This document shows, in pieces, positions 8,608 through 17,385 of a stretch of 64,000 bases of DNA. The notes beneath the pieces were generated by a model. The model saw only the letters and a program-made list of their open reading frames with translations. It made no database searches and was not told the DNA's origin. A program made the position numbers and the translations under genes. Source of the DNA: an uncultured Actinomycetes bacterium (GTDB lineage: Bacteria; Actinomycetota; Actinomycetes; Streptosporangiales; Streptosporangiaceae); NCBI GenBank assembly GCA_963834515.1, contig CAWICB010000001.1, forward strand, positions 283,290 to 347,289, in the 5' to 3' direction. Within the stretch, counting starts at the first letter, position 1; the number at the start of each line of letters is the position of its first letter.

Positions 8608-9252
8608 TCACCGGTCCAGGTAGGCCAGCACGGCCAGCACCCGGCGGTTGTCGTCCGCGGACGGCGGCAGGTCGAGCTTGGCGAAGATGCTGGTGCAGTG
8701 CTTGCTGACCGCCTTCTCCGAAATGACCAGCCGCTGCGCGATGGCGCTGTTGGAGCGGCCCCCGGCCATCAGGGCCAGCACCTCACGCTCCCGGGCGGTG
8801 AGCCGGGTCACCGGGGTCTGGTTGGACCGCCGGGCCAGCAGCTTCGCGACGACCTCCGGATCCATGATCGTGCCGCCCCGGGCCACCGTGCGGATCGCGT
8901 CAGTGAACTGCTCGTCGGTGAAGACCCGGTCCTTGAGCAGGTAGCCGACCCCGCCCGCCTGATCGGCCAGCAGCTCACGGGCGTACAGCTGCTCGACGTG
9001 CGTGGACAGGATGAGGATGGGCAGGCCGGGCACCTGGCGCCGGGCCTCCAGCGCGGCCCGCAGTCCCTCGTCGGTGAAGGCCGGCGGCAGCCGGACGTCG
9101 ACGATCGCCACGTCGGGCCGCTGCCCGGTCAGCGCCGCCAGCAGGGACGGGCCGTCGCCGACCGCCGCGGCCACCTCGAAGCCATGCTCCTTGAGCAGGC
9201 TGGCCAGCCCCTCCCTCAGCAGGAATAGGTCTTCGGCGATGACAACGCGCAC
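8608..9252 (-). CDS. NarL/FixJ-type response regulator (REC + LuxR HTH)
   Basis: GTG 9252 gives VRVVIAEDLFLLREGL..PDVAIVDVRLPP..ILILSTH...LTAREREVLALMAGGRSNSAIAQRLVISEKAVSKHCTSIFAKL. The ORF-track extension to 9531 is an Arg-rich shadow frame. Confidence 0.9.
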   Translation of the reverse strand: MRVVIAEDLFLLREGLASLLKEHGFEVAAAVGDGPSLLAALTGQRPDVAIVDVRLPPAFTDEGLRAALEARRQVPGLPILILSTHVEQLYARELLADQAGGVGYLLKDRVFTDEQFTDAIRTVARGGTIMDPEVVAKLLARRSNQTPVTRLTAREREVLALMAGGRSNSAIAQRLVISEKAVSKHCTSIFAKLDLPPSADDNRRVLAVLAYLDR

Positions 9253-10298
9253 GGCACCTCGATGACGACGATGGTCGGGCCGCCCGGCGGGCTGCTGACC
9301 GCCAGCACGCCGTCGAATGTACCCAGCCGCCGCTCGATGCCGCGCAACCCACTGCCCCGGGCCGGGTCGGCGCCGCCCGCGCCGTCGTCGCTGACCTCGA
9401 TCCGCAGCGTGCCGCCGGTGTGCGCCGCCCTGATGTGCACGCCACGCGCCGCGGCGTGCTTGGCCGCGTTGGCCAGCGCCTCCGCCACCGCGAAATAGGC
9501 GGCCGCCGCGACCGGTGCGGGCAGCCGCCACGGCAGGTCGGTGTCGGCCGTGGTGGCCACCGGGGAATCCAGGGCCAGCGCGCGGAGCGCGTCACCCAGG
9601 CCACGCTCGGCCAGCACCGGGGGATTGATCCCGTTGACCAGCGCGCGCAGGTCGGCCAGCGCCCGCGCCGAGTTGTCCCGCGCCTCGGCCACCAGGGCCA
9701 CCGCGGCGTCCGGGTCGGTCCTGATCAGCCGCTCAGTGGCGCGGAGCGAGATGCCCAGCGCGATGAGCCGGGCCTGTGCGCCGTCATGCAGGTCCCGTTC
9801 CACCCGGCGCAGTTCTGCGGCCGCGGAGTCCACCGCTTCCACCCGGGCCACGGTCAGCCGCCGGACCCGGCCGATCAGCTCACGGTTCCGCCGGGCCAGC
9901 CCCGAGGGCCCGATCGTGCGCGGCACCAGCCACACCCCGCAGGCCAGCATGACCAGCCCGGCGGTGAGATCGACGGCGTGCGGGAACCCGGTCCCGAACA
10001 GCACGTGGTGCAGCGGGTAGCCGGCCGCCGCCGGCGACCCCGGTGGCAGCGTGCTGGCCCGCATGGACAGCGCGAACGCGCACGAGGCGAAGCCGATCAG
10101 GGCGATCGCGGCCAGACCGCCGGCCAGGCACGGCGCGAGCAGCGCGATGGCCGCCGCGACCGGGATCACCAGCACCGTCCATGGGCGGACGCCCCAGAAC
10201 AGGCTGCACACGATCATGGCCAGTGGGAGCAGCATGCCCCGGCCGGCCGGGTGCAGCCGGCCGGGGCGGGCGTTACGCGCGATGTCCATGGCATTCAT
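9216..10298 (-). CDS. sensor histidine kinase (HisKA_3 / NarX-DesK type)
   Basis: N-terminal multi-TM region, H-box ELRRVERDLHDGAQARLIAL, and ATPase boxes (AEALANAAKHA, DDGAGGA, GSGLRGIERR). It overlaps the downstream regulator start by 37 nt. Confidence 0.85.
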   Translation of the reverse strand: MNAMDIARNARPGRLHPAGRGMLLPLAMIVCSLFWGVRPWTVLVIPVAAAIALLAPCLAGGLAAIALIGFASCAFALSMRASTLPPGSPAAAGYPLHHVLFGTGFPHAVDLTAGLVMLACGVWLVPRTIGPSGLARRNRELIGRVRRLTVARVEAVDSAAAELRRVERDLHDGAQARLIALGISLRATERLIRTDPDAAVALVAEARDNSARALADLRALVNGINPPVLAERGLGDALRALALDSPVATTADTDLPWRLPAPVAAAAYFAVAEALANAAKHAAARGVHIRAAHTGGTLRIEVSDDGAGGADPARGSGLRGIERRLGTFDGVLAVSSPPGGPTIVVIEVPCALSSPKTYSC

Positions 10299-10428
10299 GG
10301 TGATCCGGGCGCGGGGCGGGCACCATGGGCAGGCCTCCCCAGATCGGGGGTTGGTAAATGCCTACCCGGGCACAGGCCGCGGGCTGGCCGGCTGGGCGGG
10401 CCGGCCGTGGGTCAGCCATCATGGGCGG

Positions 10429-10884
10429 GTGCGCGGGAACGATCAGGTGATCGGCTGGATCCGGGAGATCGTGCTGGACACGCCCGACCCGCACCGGCTG
10501 GCCCGGTTCTGGGCGGCGCTGCTCGGCGGGACGCCGGTGGAGTGGTATCCGGGCTGGGTGACGCTGGAACCACCGCCGCACGGGCAGCGGCTGTCGTTCC
10601 AGGGCAGCGGGCCCGGAACCGGCGCGGCCCCTCGGTCCGGCGCGGCCCCTCGGTCCGGCGCGGGCCCGTTGCCCAGCGCGGGCCCGTTGCCCAGCGCGGG
10701 CCGGGGGGTGCACTTCGACGTGCTGGTCAGCGACCTCGACGCGGCCCAGCAGCGGGTCGTCGCGCTGGGCGGGGCGTACACGGCCAGGCACGTATCGCCC
10801 CGGCCAGGCCCGGGCGGCGAGCCGGTCTCGTGGCGGGTCTGCCGTGACCCGGACGGTCACCCGTTCCGCCTGGTGACCCGCTGA
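10429..10884 (+). CDS. VOC family protein carrying two internal tandem duplications
   Basis: IGWIREIVLDTPDPHRLARFWAALLGG...VHFDVLVSDLDAAQQRVVALGG...VCRDPDGHPFRLV. The start is uncertain (GTG 10429 or 10447). The ORF-track start at 10051 lies inside the kinase gene on the other strand. Confidence 0.7.
   Translation: MRGNDQVIGWIREIVLDTPDPHRLARFWAALLGGTPVEWYPGWVTLEPPPHGQRLSFQGSGPGTGAAPRSGAAPRSGAGPLPSAGPLPSAGRGVHFDVLVSDLDAAQQRVVALGGAYTARHVSPRPGPGGEPVSWRVCRDPDGHPFRLVTR
10621..10694. repeat. two adjacent perfect 18-bp tandem duplications inside the VOC gene
   Basis: cggcgcggcccctcggtc x2 (10621-10656), followed by gcgcgggcccgttgccca x2 (10659-10694). They encode GAAPRSGAAPRS and GPLPSAGPLPSA. Confidence 0.95.
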
Positions 10885-11079
10885 GAACCAGCCCGGACCG
10901 CCCGATCCCCGCTCTCCACGGCTGTGCTGCAGTAGGTGGCCTGTTTCATCCCGGTTTTCCCGGGCCAGCCAGCCGCGTGAATAGTGGCTCAGCTGCGCCT
11001 GGTGTGCCTTCTCCGCCACGGTCACGCTGTCAGCGGAACCGGCTGGCCAAGGCGGCCCAGCAGCGGCGACGCTGGCCAG

Positions 11080-11877
11080 ATGGCAGGCCAATTCGGTGGT
11101 GAGACCGCGGCGTTCTACGCGCGGTTCCGGCGCGGCTACCCGCCGGCCTTCACCGGGCTGCTGGCCCGGGCGCTGCGGCTCGGGCCCGCGGATGTGCTGG
11201 CCGATGTCGGCTGTGGCACGGGCCAGCTGACGATCCCGCTGGCCCGGCAGGTCCGCGCGGTGGCCGGGCTGGACCCCGAACCGGACATGCTCGCGCTGGC
11301 CCGGCAGGCGGCCACCGAGCAGGACGTGACCAACGTGACCTGGGTGCTGGGCGGCGCCGCCGACCTTCCCGCGCTGGGCACGCTGCTGGGCGGGCCCGCG
11401 CTGGCCGCGGTGACGATCGCCAACGCGATCCACCTCACATCCGCCCCGGATCTGTTCACCGCGGCCCGCGAGGTGCTGCGGCCCGGCGGCGCCCTGGCCA
11501 TCATCGCCAACGGGACACCGCTGTGGCAGCAGCCGGTGGCCTGGTCGCGGGACGTGCGCCGGGCGCTGGAGCAGTGGCTCGGCGTCCGGCTGGAGTCGTG
11601 CTGCGGTACCGACGGTGCCGCCCGGCAGGCCTACCAGGCCGGGCTGATCGCCACCGGGTTCGCCGGTGTGCACCAGCAATCGATCGGCTACGCCAGCGAC
11701 CTGGATTTCGGCCAGCTGATCGGCGGCCTGTACTCGGCCATGCCCCCGCAGCTGCTGCCGCCACCCGATCGCCGGGAGGCGTTCGCCGCGCACATCCGGG
11801 ACGCGACCGGGGGCGCTACCCGGTTCACCGAGCAGGTCTACGTGACCGCCCTGATCGGGTACTCGGCGGCCGGCTGA
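11080..11877 (+). CDS. class I SAM-dependent methyltransferase
   Basis: Motif I is VLADVGCGTGQLTIPLA, post-I is VAGLDPEPDML, followed by PGGALAII. Start chosen at ATG 11080 (MAGQFGG). Confidence 0.8.
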   Translation: MAGQFGGETAAFYARFRRGYPPAFTGLLARALRLGPADVLADVGCGTGQLTIPLARQVRAVAGLDPEPDMLALARQAATEQDVTNVTWVLGGAADLPALGTLLGGPALAAVTIANAIHLTSAPDLFTAAREVLRPGGALAIIANGTPLWQQPVAWSRDVRRALEQWLGVRLESCCGTDGAARQAYQAGLIATGFAGVHQQSIGYASDLDFGQLIGGLYSAMPPQLLPPPDRREAFAAHIRDATGGATRFTEQVYVTALIGYSAAG

Positions 11878-11974
11878 TTTATCCCTGCCGGTTGTCCCTG
11901 GCCGCTGCGGCCGGGGCCGCGCTGGCGGCGGCCGGCCCGGCGTGTCAGCTGACCGGCCCGGTATACCAGGGAGC

Positions 11975-12760
11975 ATGACCGAGTTCGCAGACGTGCCCGG
12001 CGTCAGCCTGGCCTACGACGTCACCGGCCGCGGCGAGCCGCCGATGGTCCTCGTGCACGGCTGGGGCGGTGACCGGTCGTACCTGGCCCCGCAGTCCGAG
12101 TTCTTCGCCCGGGGGCATGCCGTGCTGGCCCTGGACCTGCGCGGGCACGGCGAGAGCGGCCAGCCCACGCCCGGGTCCGGCCGGTACAGCGTGGATGTGC
12201 TGGCCGATGACGTGCTCGCCGTCGCGGCGGCGGCCGGGCTGGACCGCCCGGTGCTGGTCGGTCACAGCCTGGGCGCCCTGATCGGGCTGTCCGGTGCGGC
12301 CCGGCCCGGCGCGCTGAGCGCGCTGGTCATGGTGGACCCGGCGCCGATCACCAACGAGCGGGCCAAGGCCTACTTCCGGGACTCCGCCGGCGCGGTCCGC
12401 GCGGACGCGGACCGGTCGTGGCGCACCAAGTTCGCCCAGGGGTTGTTCCTGCCCACCGACACGGTACGCCGGGACGAGATCATCGCCGGGTTCCCGGCCG
12501 GGCCGCCGGGGATCGCGGCTGACATCATCCAGGCCATGGGGGAGTTCGACGGGGTGAGCGTGCTCAGCCGGGCCACCGTGCCGGTGCTGTCGATCGGCTC
12601 GGCGCACCCGGCCAATGCCGCGGCCGACCTGCGCCGGGCCTGCCCGCGGATCATGATCGGGCAGACGGTCGGAGCCGGTCACTTCAACCAGCTCGAAGTG
12701 CCGGCCCAGGTGAATGCCATGATCGAGAAGTTCCTGGCCGTCAGCCAGCTGGCCGGGTGA
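11975..12760 (+). CDS. alpha/beta hydrolase
   Basis: MVLVHGWGGD, LDLRGHGES, nucleophile elbow GHSLGA and a C-terminal GAGHF. An RBS-like GGGAG precedes ATG 11975. Confidence 0.85.
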   Translation: MTEFADVPGVSLAYDVTGRGEPPMVLVHGWGGDRSYLAPQSEFFARGHAVLALDLRGHGESGQPTPGSGRYSVDVLADDVLAVAAAAGLDRPVLVGHSLGALIGLSGAARPGALSALVMVDPAPITNERAKAYFRDSAGAVRADADRSWRTKFAQGLFLPTDTVRRDEIIAGFPAGPPGIAADIIQAMGEFDGVSVLSRATVPVLSIGSAHPANAAADLRRACPRIMIGQTVGAGHFNQLEVPAQVNAMIEKFLAVSQLAG

Positions 12761-12875
12761 GCCGCACTTCCCCGACAGCATTCGATATCGGGCCGGGCAG
12801 CCGCGCCACTCAGAGCTGACTACTGGGTCACGGTATCCGGACGCCGGCTGCGTCCGCGAGTCCCGGGAAATTATG

Positions 12876-12921
12876 AGCGCGGTGCATTTGTGGCTACCCG
12901 CGGCCCCAAATGCACCGCGCT
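12876..12921. repeat. conserved hairpin element, copy 1 (14-bp arms AGCGCGGTGCATTT / AAATGCACCGCGCT, 18-nt loop)
   Basis: Perfect 14-bp inverted repeat. It is about 83% identical over 46 nt, loop included, to the element at 25254-25306. It lies between the hydrolase and VOC genes. Confidence 0.8.
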
Positions 12922-12991
12922 ATTGGATTTTGGCGGCTGGCGGGCCACGGCGGCTACGTTGCCGGCCGGCCTGGTGTGCCAGCATCCGGTT

Positions 12992-13360
12992 ATGGACATG
13001 ACCCTCCGGTTCGAGATCTTCCCTGCGGATCTGGACGTCACGGTCGGCTTCTACCAGCGGGCCCTCGGCTTCCAGCTCACCGACGACCGCCGCGCCGAGG
13101 ACTATGTCGCGCTGCGCCGCGGCGCGGTCCGCGTCGGGGCGGTTCAGACCACGCTGCCCAACGCCCGTGCCGCCCGGCGGCCGCCGGCCGGCGTCGAGCT
13201 GGTCCTGGAAGTCGATGACGTCGTCGCCGAGCGCGACCGGGTGCTGGCCGCGGGCTGGCCGCTGGACGAGGATCTCCAGGACCGATCGTGGGGGCTGCGG
13301 GACTTCCGCATCCTCGACCCGGACGGCTACTACCTGCGGATCACCAGCCGGGCCAGCTGA
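12992..13360 (+). CDS. VOC family protein (glyoxalase/bleomycin-resistance-like)
   Basis: MDMTLRFEIFPADLDVTVGFYQRALGFQL...VELVLEVDDV...WGLRDFRILDPDGYYLRI. ATG at 12992. Confidence 0.8.
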   Translation: MDMTLRFEIFPADLDVTVGFYQRALGFQLTDDRRAEDYVALRRGAVRVGAVQTTLPNARAARRPPAGVELVLEVDDVVAERDRVLAAGWPLDEDLQDRSWGLRDFRILDPDGYYLRITSRAS

Positions 13361-13740
13361 TGCCGGCGGGCTATCACCACATCACGTTGCGGGTCACCGA
13401 CCTGGACCGGGCCCGGGCGTTCTACGCGGGCGTGCTCGGCTTCACCGTGGACCAGGACTTCGCCGGGGAGAAGCTGCGGCTGCGGTTCGGCGCCGGCCCG
13501 GCCCGGCTGGTGCTGCACCCGCTGCTGCCCGGCACCCCGGCCGGGGACCGGTTCACCGAGGCGCGGGTGGGCCTGGACCACATCGCGGTGGCCGCCACCC
13601 GGGACGAGGTGACCCGGCTGACGGACGCGCTGCGCACCGCGGGGGTGCCCGCTGACCTGCACCGTGATCCGCTCGGGTACGTGCTGGTCAGCTTCCGCGA
13701 CCCAGACAACATCCAGTGGGAGTTCTTCGAGGACGGCTGA
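13360..13740 (+). CDS. VOC family protein
   Basis: MPAGYHHITLRVTDLDRARAFYAGVLGF...GLDHIAVAA...LVSFRDPDNIQWEFFE. Its ATG overlaps the upstream stop (TGATG). Confidence 0.85.
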   Translation: MPAGYHHITLRVTDLDRARAFYAGVLGFTVDQDFAGEKLRLRFGAGPARLVLHPLLPGTPAGDRFTEARVGLDHIAVAATRDEVTRLTDALRTAGVPADLHRDPLGYVLVSFRDPDNIQWEFFEDG

Positions 13741-13757
13741 GCCCAGCCGCCCGGCGG

Positions 13758-14420
13758 TCACAGGCCCGGCGGGACCAGGTGCGCTTCGGCGCCGACCGGG
13801 CTGAACCCGGCGGCCAGGAACGCGCGGACGCTGGCCGCGTTGGCCGGGGAGATCTGCGCCCACAGCGGGGTGCCGGCCGGCCGCAGGTGGCGCGCCGCGG
13901 TGGCCAGGGTGCGGCCCAGCCCGTGGCCCCGCCGGTCTGGATCGACCTCGATCGAGACCTCCCACCGGCCGGCGATGCCCCGGCCGAGCAGTATCACCCC
14001 TCCGTCCGCGCGCCACACGAGCACGTTGTCGCGGTAGCGCAGCGCCCGGGCCACCCGGGGGTGGTTCCGGCCCGGCTCCGCGGTCAGCGCGATGGCCGGC
14101 CGCCCGGGGCGGGCCGGCGCGGTGGCCAGCAGGTCGATCGTGTGCATCTCCCGGCCGGTATGCTCGCACAGCGCCTGCAGGAACGCCGGGCTCAGCGGCG
14201 CGGCCAGATCCCCGGCGGGCAGCCGGGCGGTCACCCAGGCCGGGCCGGCGTCGGCGAAGATGACCGCGTGCGCGGTGAACCCGAGCACGCCCGAGTCGCG
14301 TGGCGTGGGTGCGGGCACGATCGTGACGCCGCCATCCGGCGGCGGGAAGCGGCCCGCCGCCGCGGCGGCCAGCACGTCGGCCAGCTGACCGCAATCCCGG
14401 GGATCGCGCATGCGCCCCAT
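13758..14420 (-). CDS. GNAT family N-acetyltransferase
   Basis: The C-terminal half EVSIEVDPDRRGHGLGRTLATAARH....ISPANAASVRAFLAAGFSPVG is a GNAT core. The start is ATG 14420 or 14411. Confidence 0.8.
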   Translation of the reverse strand: MGRMRDPRDCGQLADVLAAAAAGRFPPPDGGVTIVPAPTPRDSGVLGFTAHAVIFADAGPAWVTARLPAGDLAAPLSPAFLQALCEHTGREMHTIDLLATAPARPGRPAIALTAEPGRNHPRVARALRYRDNVLVWRADGGVILLGRGIAGRWEVSIEVDPDRRGHGLGRTLATAARHLRPAGTPLWAQISPANAASVRAFLAAGFSPVGAEAHLVPPGL

Positions 14421-14466
14421 CCTGCACCGCCCCCGGGGAGGGCCCGGTCAGCCGGGGGAGCCCCGG

Positions 14467-15770
14467 TCAGCCGGGCGGCAGGCAGTCGGCCAGCGCGGCC
14501 GCTTCGGCCTGCAGGCCGGCCGCGAGCTGGCCGACGTCGCTGACCAGGGTCGGGTCGGCGACCAGCCCGAAGTTGAGCGTGCCGGCCAGCGACACGACCG
14601 CGATGCGCAGCGCGTGGTGCGCACCGATCTCGGCCAGCGAGTACATGGCCTGGACCGGCCGCCCGAGCACCTGGACGGGCTGGCCGGGACCGGGCACGTT
14701 GGACACGTTGAGCGCGAACGACCGGGCATGCGACAGTGCGCGCTCGGCGAAGTGGCTGAGCCGCGGTACGTGGGCCAGCTCGCGCATCAGCGCATCGAGG
14801 TGCTGGGCGTCGTGGCCCCGCTTGCGGACCCTGGTGGCGTGCTGGATGACGGCCAGCCGGGCCAGCGGATCACGCGGCCCGAGTGGCAGATCGACGCAGA
14901 AGAACGAGTCCCGGTTACCCACCCCGGCGGCATCCTGGCCATCGCCGGGCGGTGCGCCGTGCAGGCTCACCGGTACCTTCACCCGGACCGGCCCGAGGTG
15001 GCCATGGTGGGCCTCGAGCCAGCGGCGCAGCCCGCCGGCCACCACGGTCAGTACCGCGTCGTTGACGGTGGCCCCGGCCGAGGCCCGCGACACGTGCCGC
15101 AGGTCGTCGAGCCCGGTCGTGGTGAACGCCACCGACCGGCGCGCGTCGATGTGCCCGTCGAACGGGGAGCGCAGCCACGGCTGCGGCGCCTCCCGCGCGG
15201 CGGACATCAGCCCGCCGAGTGGATGAGCGCCGCCACCGCCGGCTGGGCAGCCGGCGGGCGGTGCGGGCGGGCGGCCGGCAGCGCGGTAACCCCACCCTCA
15301 TCCCACAGCACCGCGCTGGCCATCCGCATGGCCGTCATCCCATCGGCCAGCGCATGGTGAATGCGCCAGACGAGCGCGCTGCGGCCGCCGGCCAGCCCGG
15401 GCAGCACGTCGATCCGCCACAGCGGCCGCGACCGGTCCAGGTGCTGGGCGAAGATGCCGGCCACGGCGGCCCGGAACGCGGCGTCATCGGCCGCCCCGGC
15501 CGGGCCGGATTCCGTCACGTGGTAGGCCAGGTCCAGGTCCGGGGCCGGCACCCACCAGGGTGCGCCGTCGATCGAGGCCAGCCGCAGGCTCAGCCGGGGC
15601 GCGCGATGCAGCCGCCTGGCGATGGCTGCCTGGAGCTGGCCGGCGTCGAGGACGCCGTGCAGCACGATGACCTTGCCGGTGTGCCCGGCCACGGTCTCGT
15701 CCTCCAGGGCCAGGATGCGCACATCCTCGCGGGACAGGCGTTCCGCGCCTGGGCCCTGATCGACTGGCAT
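14467..15770 (-). pseudogene. wax-ester synthase / diacylglycerol acyltransferase (WS/DGAT) split into two ORFs at the interdomain linker
   Basis: The N-terminal ORF 15207-15770 carries HHALADG (the HHxxxDG active site). The C-terminal ORF 14467-15207 carries TVNDAVLTVVAGGLRRWL and NVSNVPGP. The two meet as TGATG at 15205-15209 beside a G-run. This could be a frameshift or a genuinely split gene. Confidence 0.7.
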
Positions 15771-15904
15771 GGCCGGCGCACCCCCGACGACGCACCCCGG
15801 GCGGCGCACCCCGGCGCCGAACCCCATGACCGCGGGCGCCGTTACCCAGCCGCTGCGTGCGAGTACCCAAGCGCCCTGCGTGCCAGCAACTATACGTTGC
15901 GTGG

Positions 15905-16438
15905 TCAGAACGGGTTGAGGTCCCCGGGGCGCAGCCGGAACACCTGCAGCCGCAGGTTGTGGTATTTCTCGGTCTCCCCGACCCATTCCATGCCCAGGCG
16001 GCGGACCATGGCCTCGGCCCGCTTGTTGGCCGGCCGGACGACCGCGATGACCTGCTCGATGCCCTGGTCGAAGGCCCACCGGGCCAGCGCCAGCCCGGTC
16101 TCCGCGGCGTAGCCGTTACCCCACGCGGCCGGGCTCAGCTGCCAGCCGATCTCGAACTCGTCGTCCGGGGTCAGCGGCAGCAGCGTCGCCCCGCCGATCA
16201 GGGTGCTGTCCGCGCGCAGTTCGATGGCCCACCGCCCGGCCGGGGTCAGCAGCCGGGCATCCTCGGCCACCCACTGCTGCAGAACCAGGCGCATCGCGCC
16301 CAGGTCCGGGACGGTGTCCATTTCCGGGGCCAGCCACCGCGAGACGTCGCCACTGCCGTACGCAGCCAGCGCCGGTTCGGCGTCATCGGGAGTCCAGGGC
16401 CGCAGGACAAGGCGTTCGGTGACCAATCGCTGGGCCAT
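15905..16438 (-). CDS. GNAT family N-acetyltransferase (RimJ/RimL-like)
   Basis: MAQRLVTERLVLRPWTPDDA...EIGWQLSPAAWGNGYAAETGLALARWAFD..GIEQVIAVVRPANKRAEAMVRRLGM. ATG at 16438. Confidence 0.85.
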   Translation of the reverse strand: MAQRLVTERLVLRPWTPDDAEPALAAYGSGDVSRWLAPEMDTVPDLGAMRLVLQQWVAEDARLLTPAGRWAIELRADSTLIGGATLLPLTPDDEFEIGWQLSPAAWGNGYAAETGLALARWAFDQGIEQVIAVVRPANKRAEAMVRRLGMEWVGETEKYHNLRLQVFRLRPGDLNPF

Positions 16439-16484
16439 GGGCACACGATAACCGGCGGGCCGGGGCGGACAGTACGGTGGGCTG

Positions 16485-16910
16485 GTGAGCGGTACCGATG
16501 CCCTGGTGGAGCGCATTCTGGCCAGCTACGACAGCATCACCGTGGTGGGCGCGAGCCGGTCCCCGGCCAAGGCCGCGCACTACGTCCCCGCGCACATGCA
16601 GCGGCACGGGTGGCGCATCGTCCCGGTCAACCCGCACGCGGACACGATCCTCGGCGAGCCGGTGTACCGGACGCTGCATGACGTCCCCGGGCCGGCCGGC
16701 CTGCTCAACGTGTTCCGGCCGTCCGGGCAGGCCCCGGACATCGCCCGGCAGGCGGTGGCGGCCGGTGCCACCGCCTTGTGGCTGCAGCTCGGCATCGCCT
16801 CGGCCGAGGCGCGGGCTATCGCCACCCGGGCCGGGCTGCGCTACGTGGAGGACCGCTGCCTCATCATCGAACAACGCCGGCTGGGCCTGGACGCGCCCGG
16901 CGCGCGGTAG
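16485..16910 (+). CDS. CoA-binding domain protein (YccU/YneT-like)
   Basis: ITVVGASRSPAKAAHYVPAHMQRHGWRIVPVNP....VYRTLHDVPGPAGLLNVFRPS....GATALWLQLG. GTG start. Confidence 0.85.
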   Translation: MSGTDALVERILASYDSITVVGASRSPAKAAHYVPAHMQRHGWRIVPVNPHADTILGEPVYRTLHDVPGPAGLLNVFRPSGQAPDIARQAVAAGATALWLQLGIASAEARAIATRAGLRYVEDRCLIIEQRRLGLDAPGAR

Positions 16911-16932
16911 TGCCCCGGCGGTGGAGGAGGTC

Positions 16933-17328
16933 ATGGACCGTGCCCTGGCCGAAGCGCTCACCCCGGTGCTGCGCGACCTGGCCAGCTCCGGCTCAGTGTG
17001 TCCCGATGTCCGCGACGCCGAGTGGTCAGTCTTCCCGGGGCAGGTGACCGCGTGGCTGCGCAGCCCGGACGGCACCGGACAGGGCGTGTCCGCGATGGCC
17101 GGCGAGCCGCTGCCGGACCGGGTCGCTTCCGTGGCCGACCAGGTCCAGGAGTGGGCGGCCGAGGAGCTGTGCGCGGTCGGCAGGCCGACCAACTGGCCGG
17201 CCTGCCCGGACCATCCGCGCATCCACCCGCTGTCCGCCGTGGTGCGGGACGGCCGGGCGGTGTGGGCTTGCCCCCGGACCGGGCAGGTGATCTGCACGAT
17301 CGGGCAGCTGACCGCCCCGCCGGGTTAG
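16933..17328 (+). CDS. hypothetical protein (131 aa, four Cys), no family recognised
   Basis: ATG 16933 is preceded by GGAGGAGG. GC3 is high. The sequence MDRALAEALTPVLRDL...WPACPDHPRIHPL...VWACPRTGQVIC is not low-complexity. Confidence 0.55.
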   Translation: MDRALAEALTPVLRDLASSGSVCPDVRDAEWSVFPGQVTAWLRSPDGTGQGVSAMAGEPLPDRVASVADQVQEWAAEELCAVGRPTNWPACPDHPRIHPLSAVVRDGRAVWACPRTGQVICTIGQLTAPPG

Positions 17329-17385
17329 CGGTGGGGCGGCCGAAACCGGGTGGCCACGGGGCAGCGTTCGCGGCACTCTGGAGTT

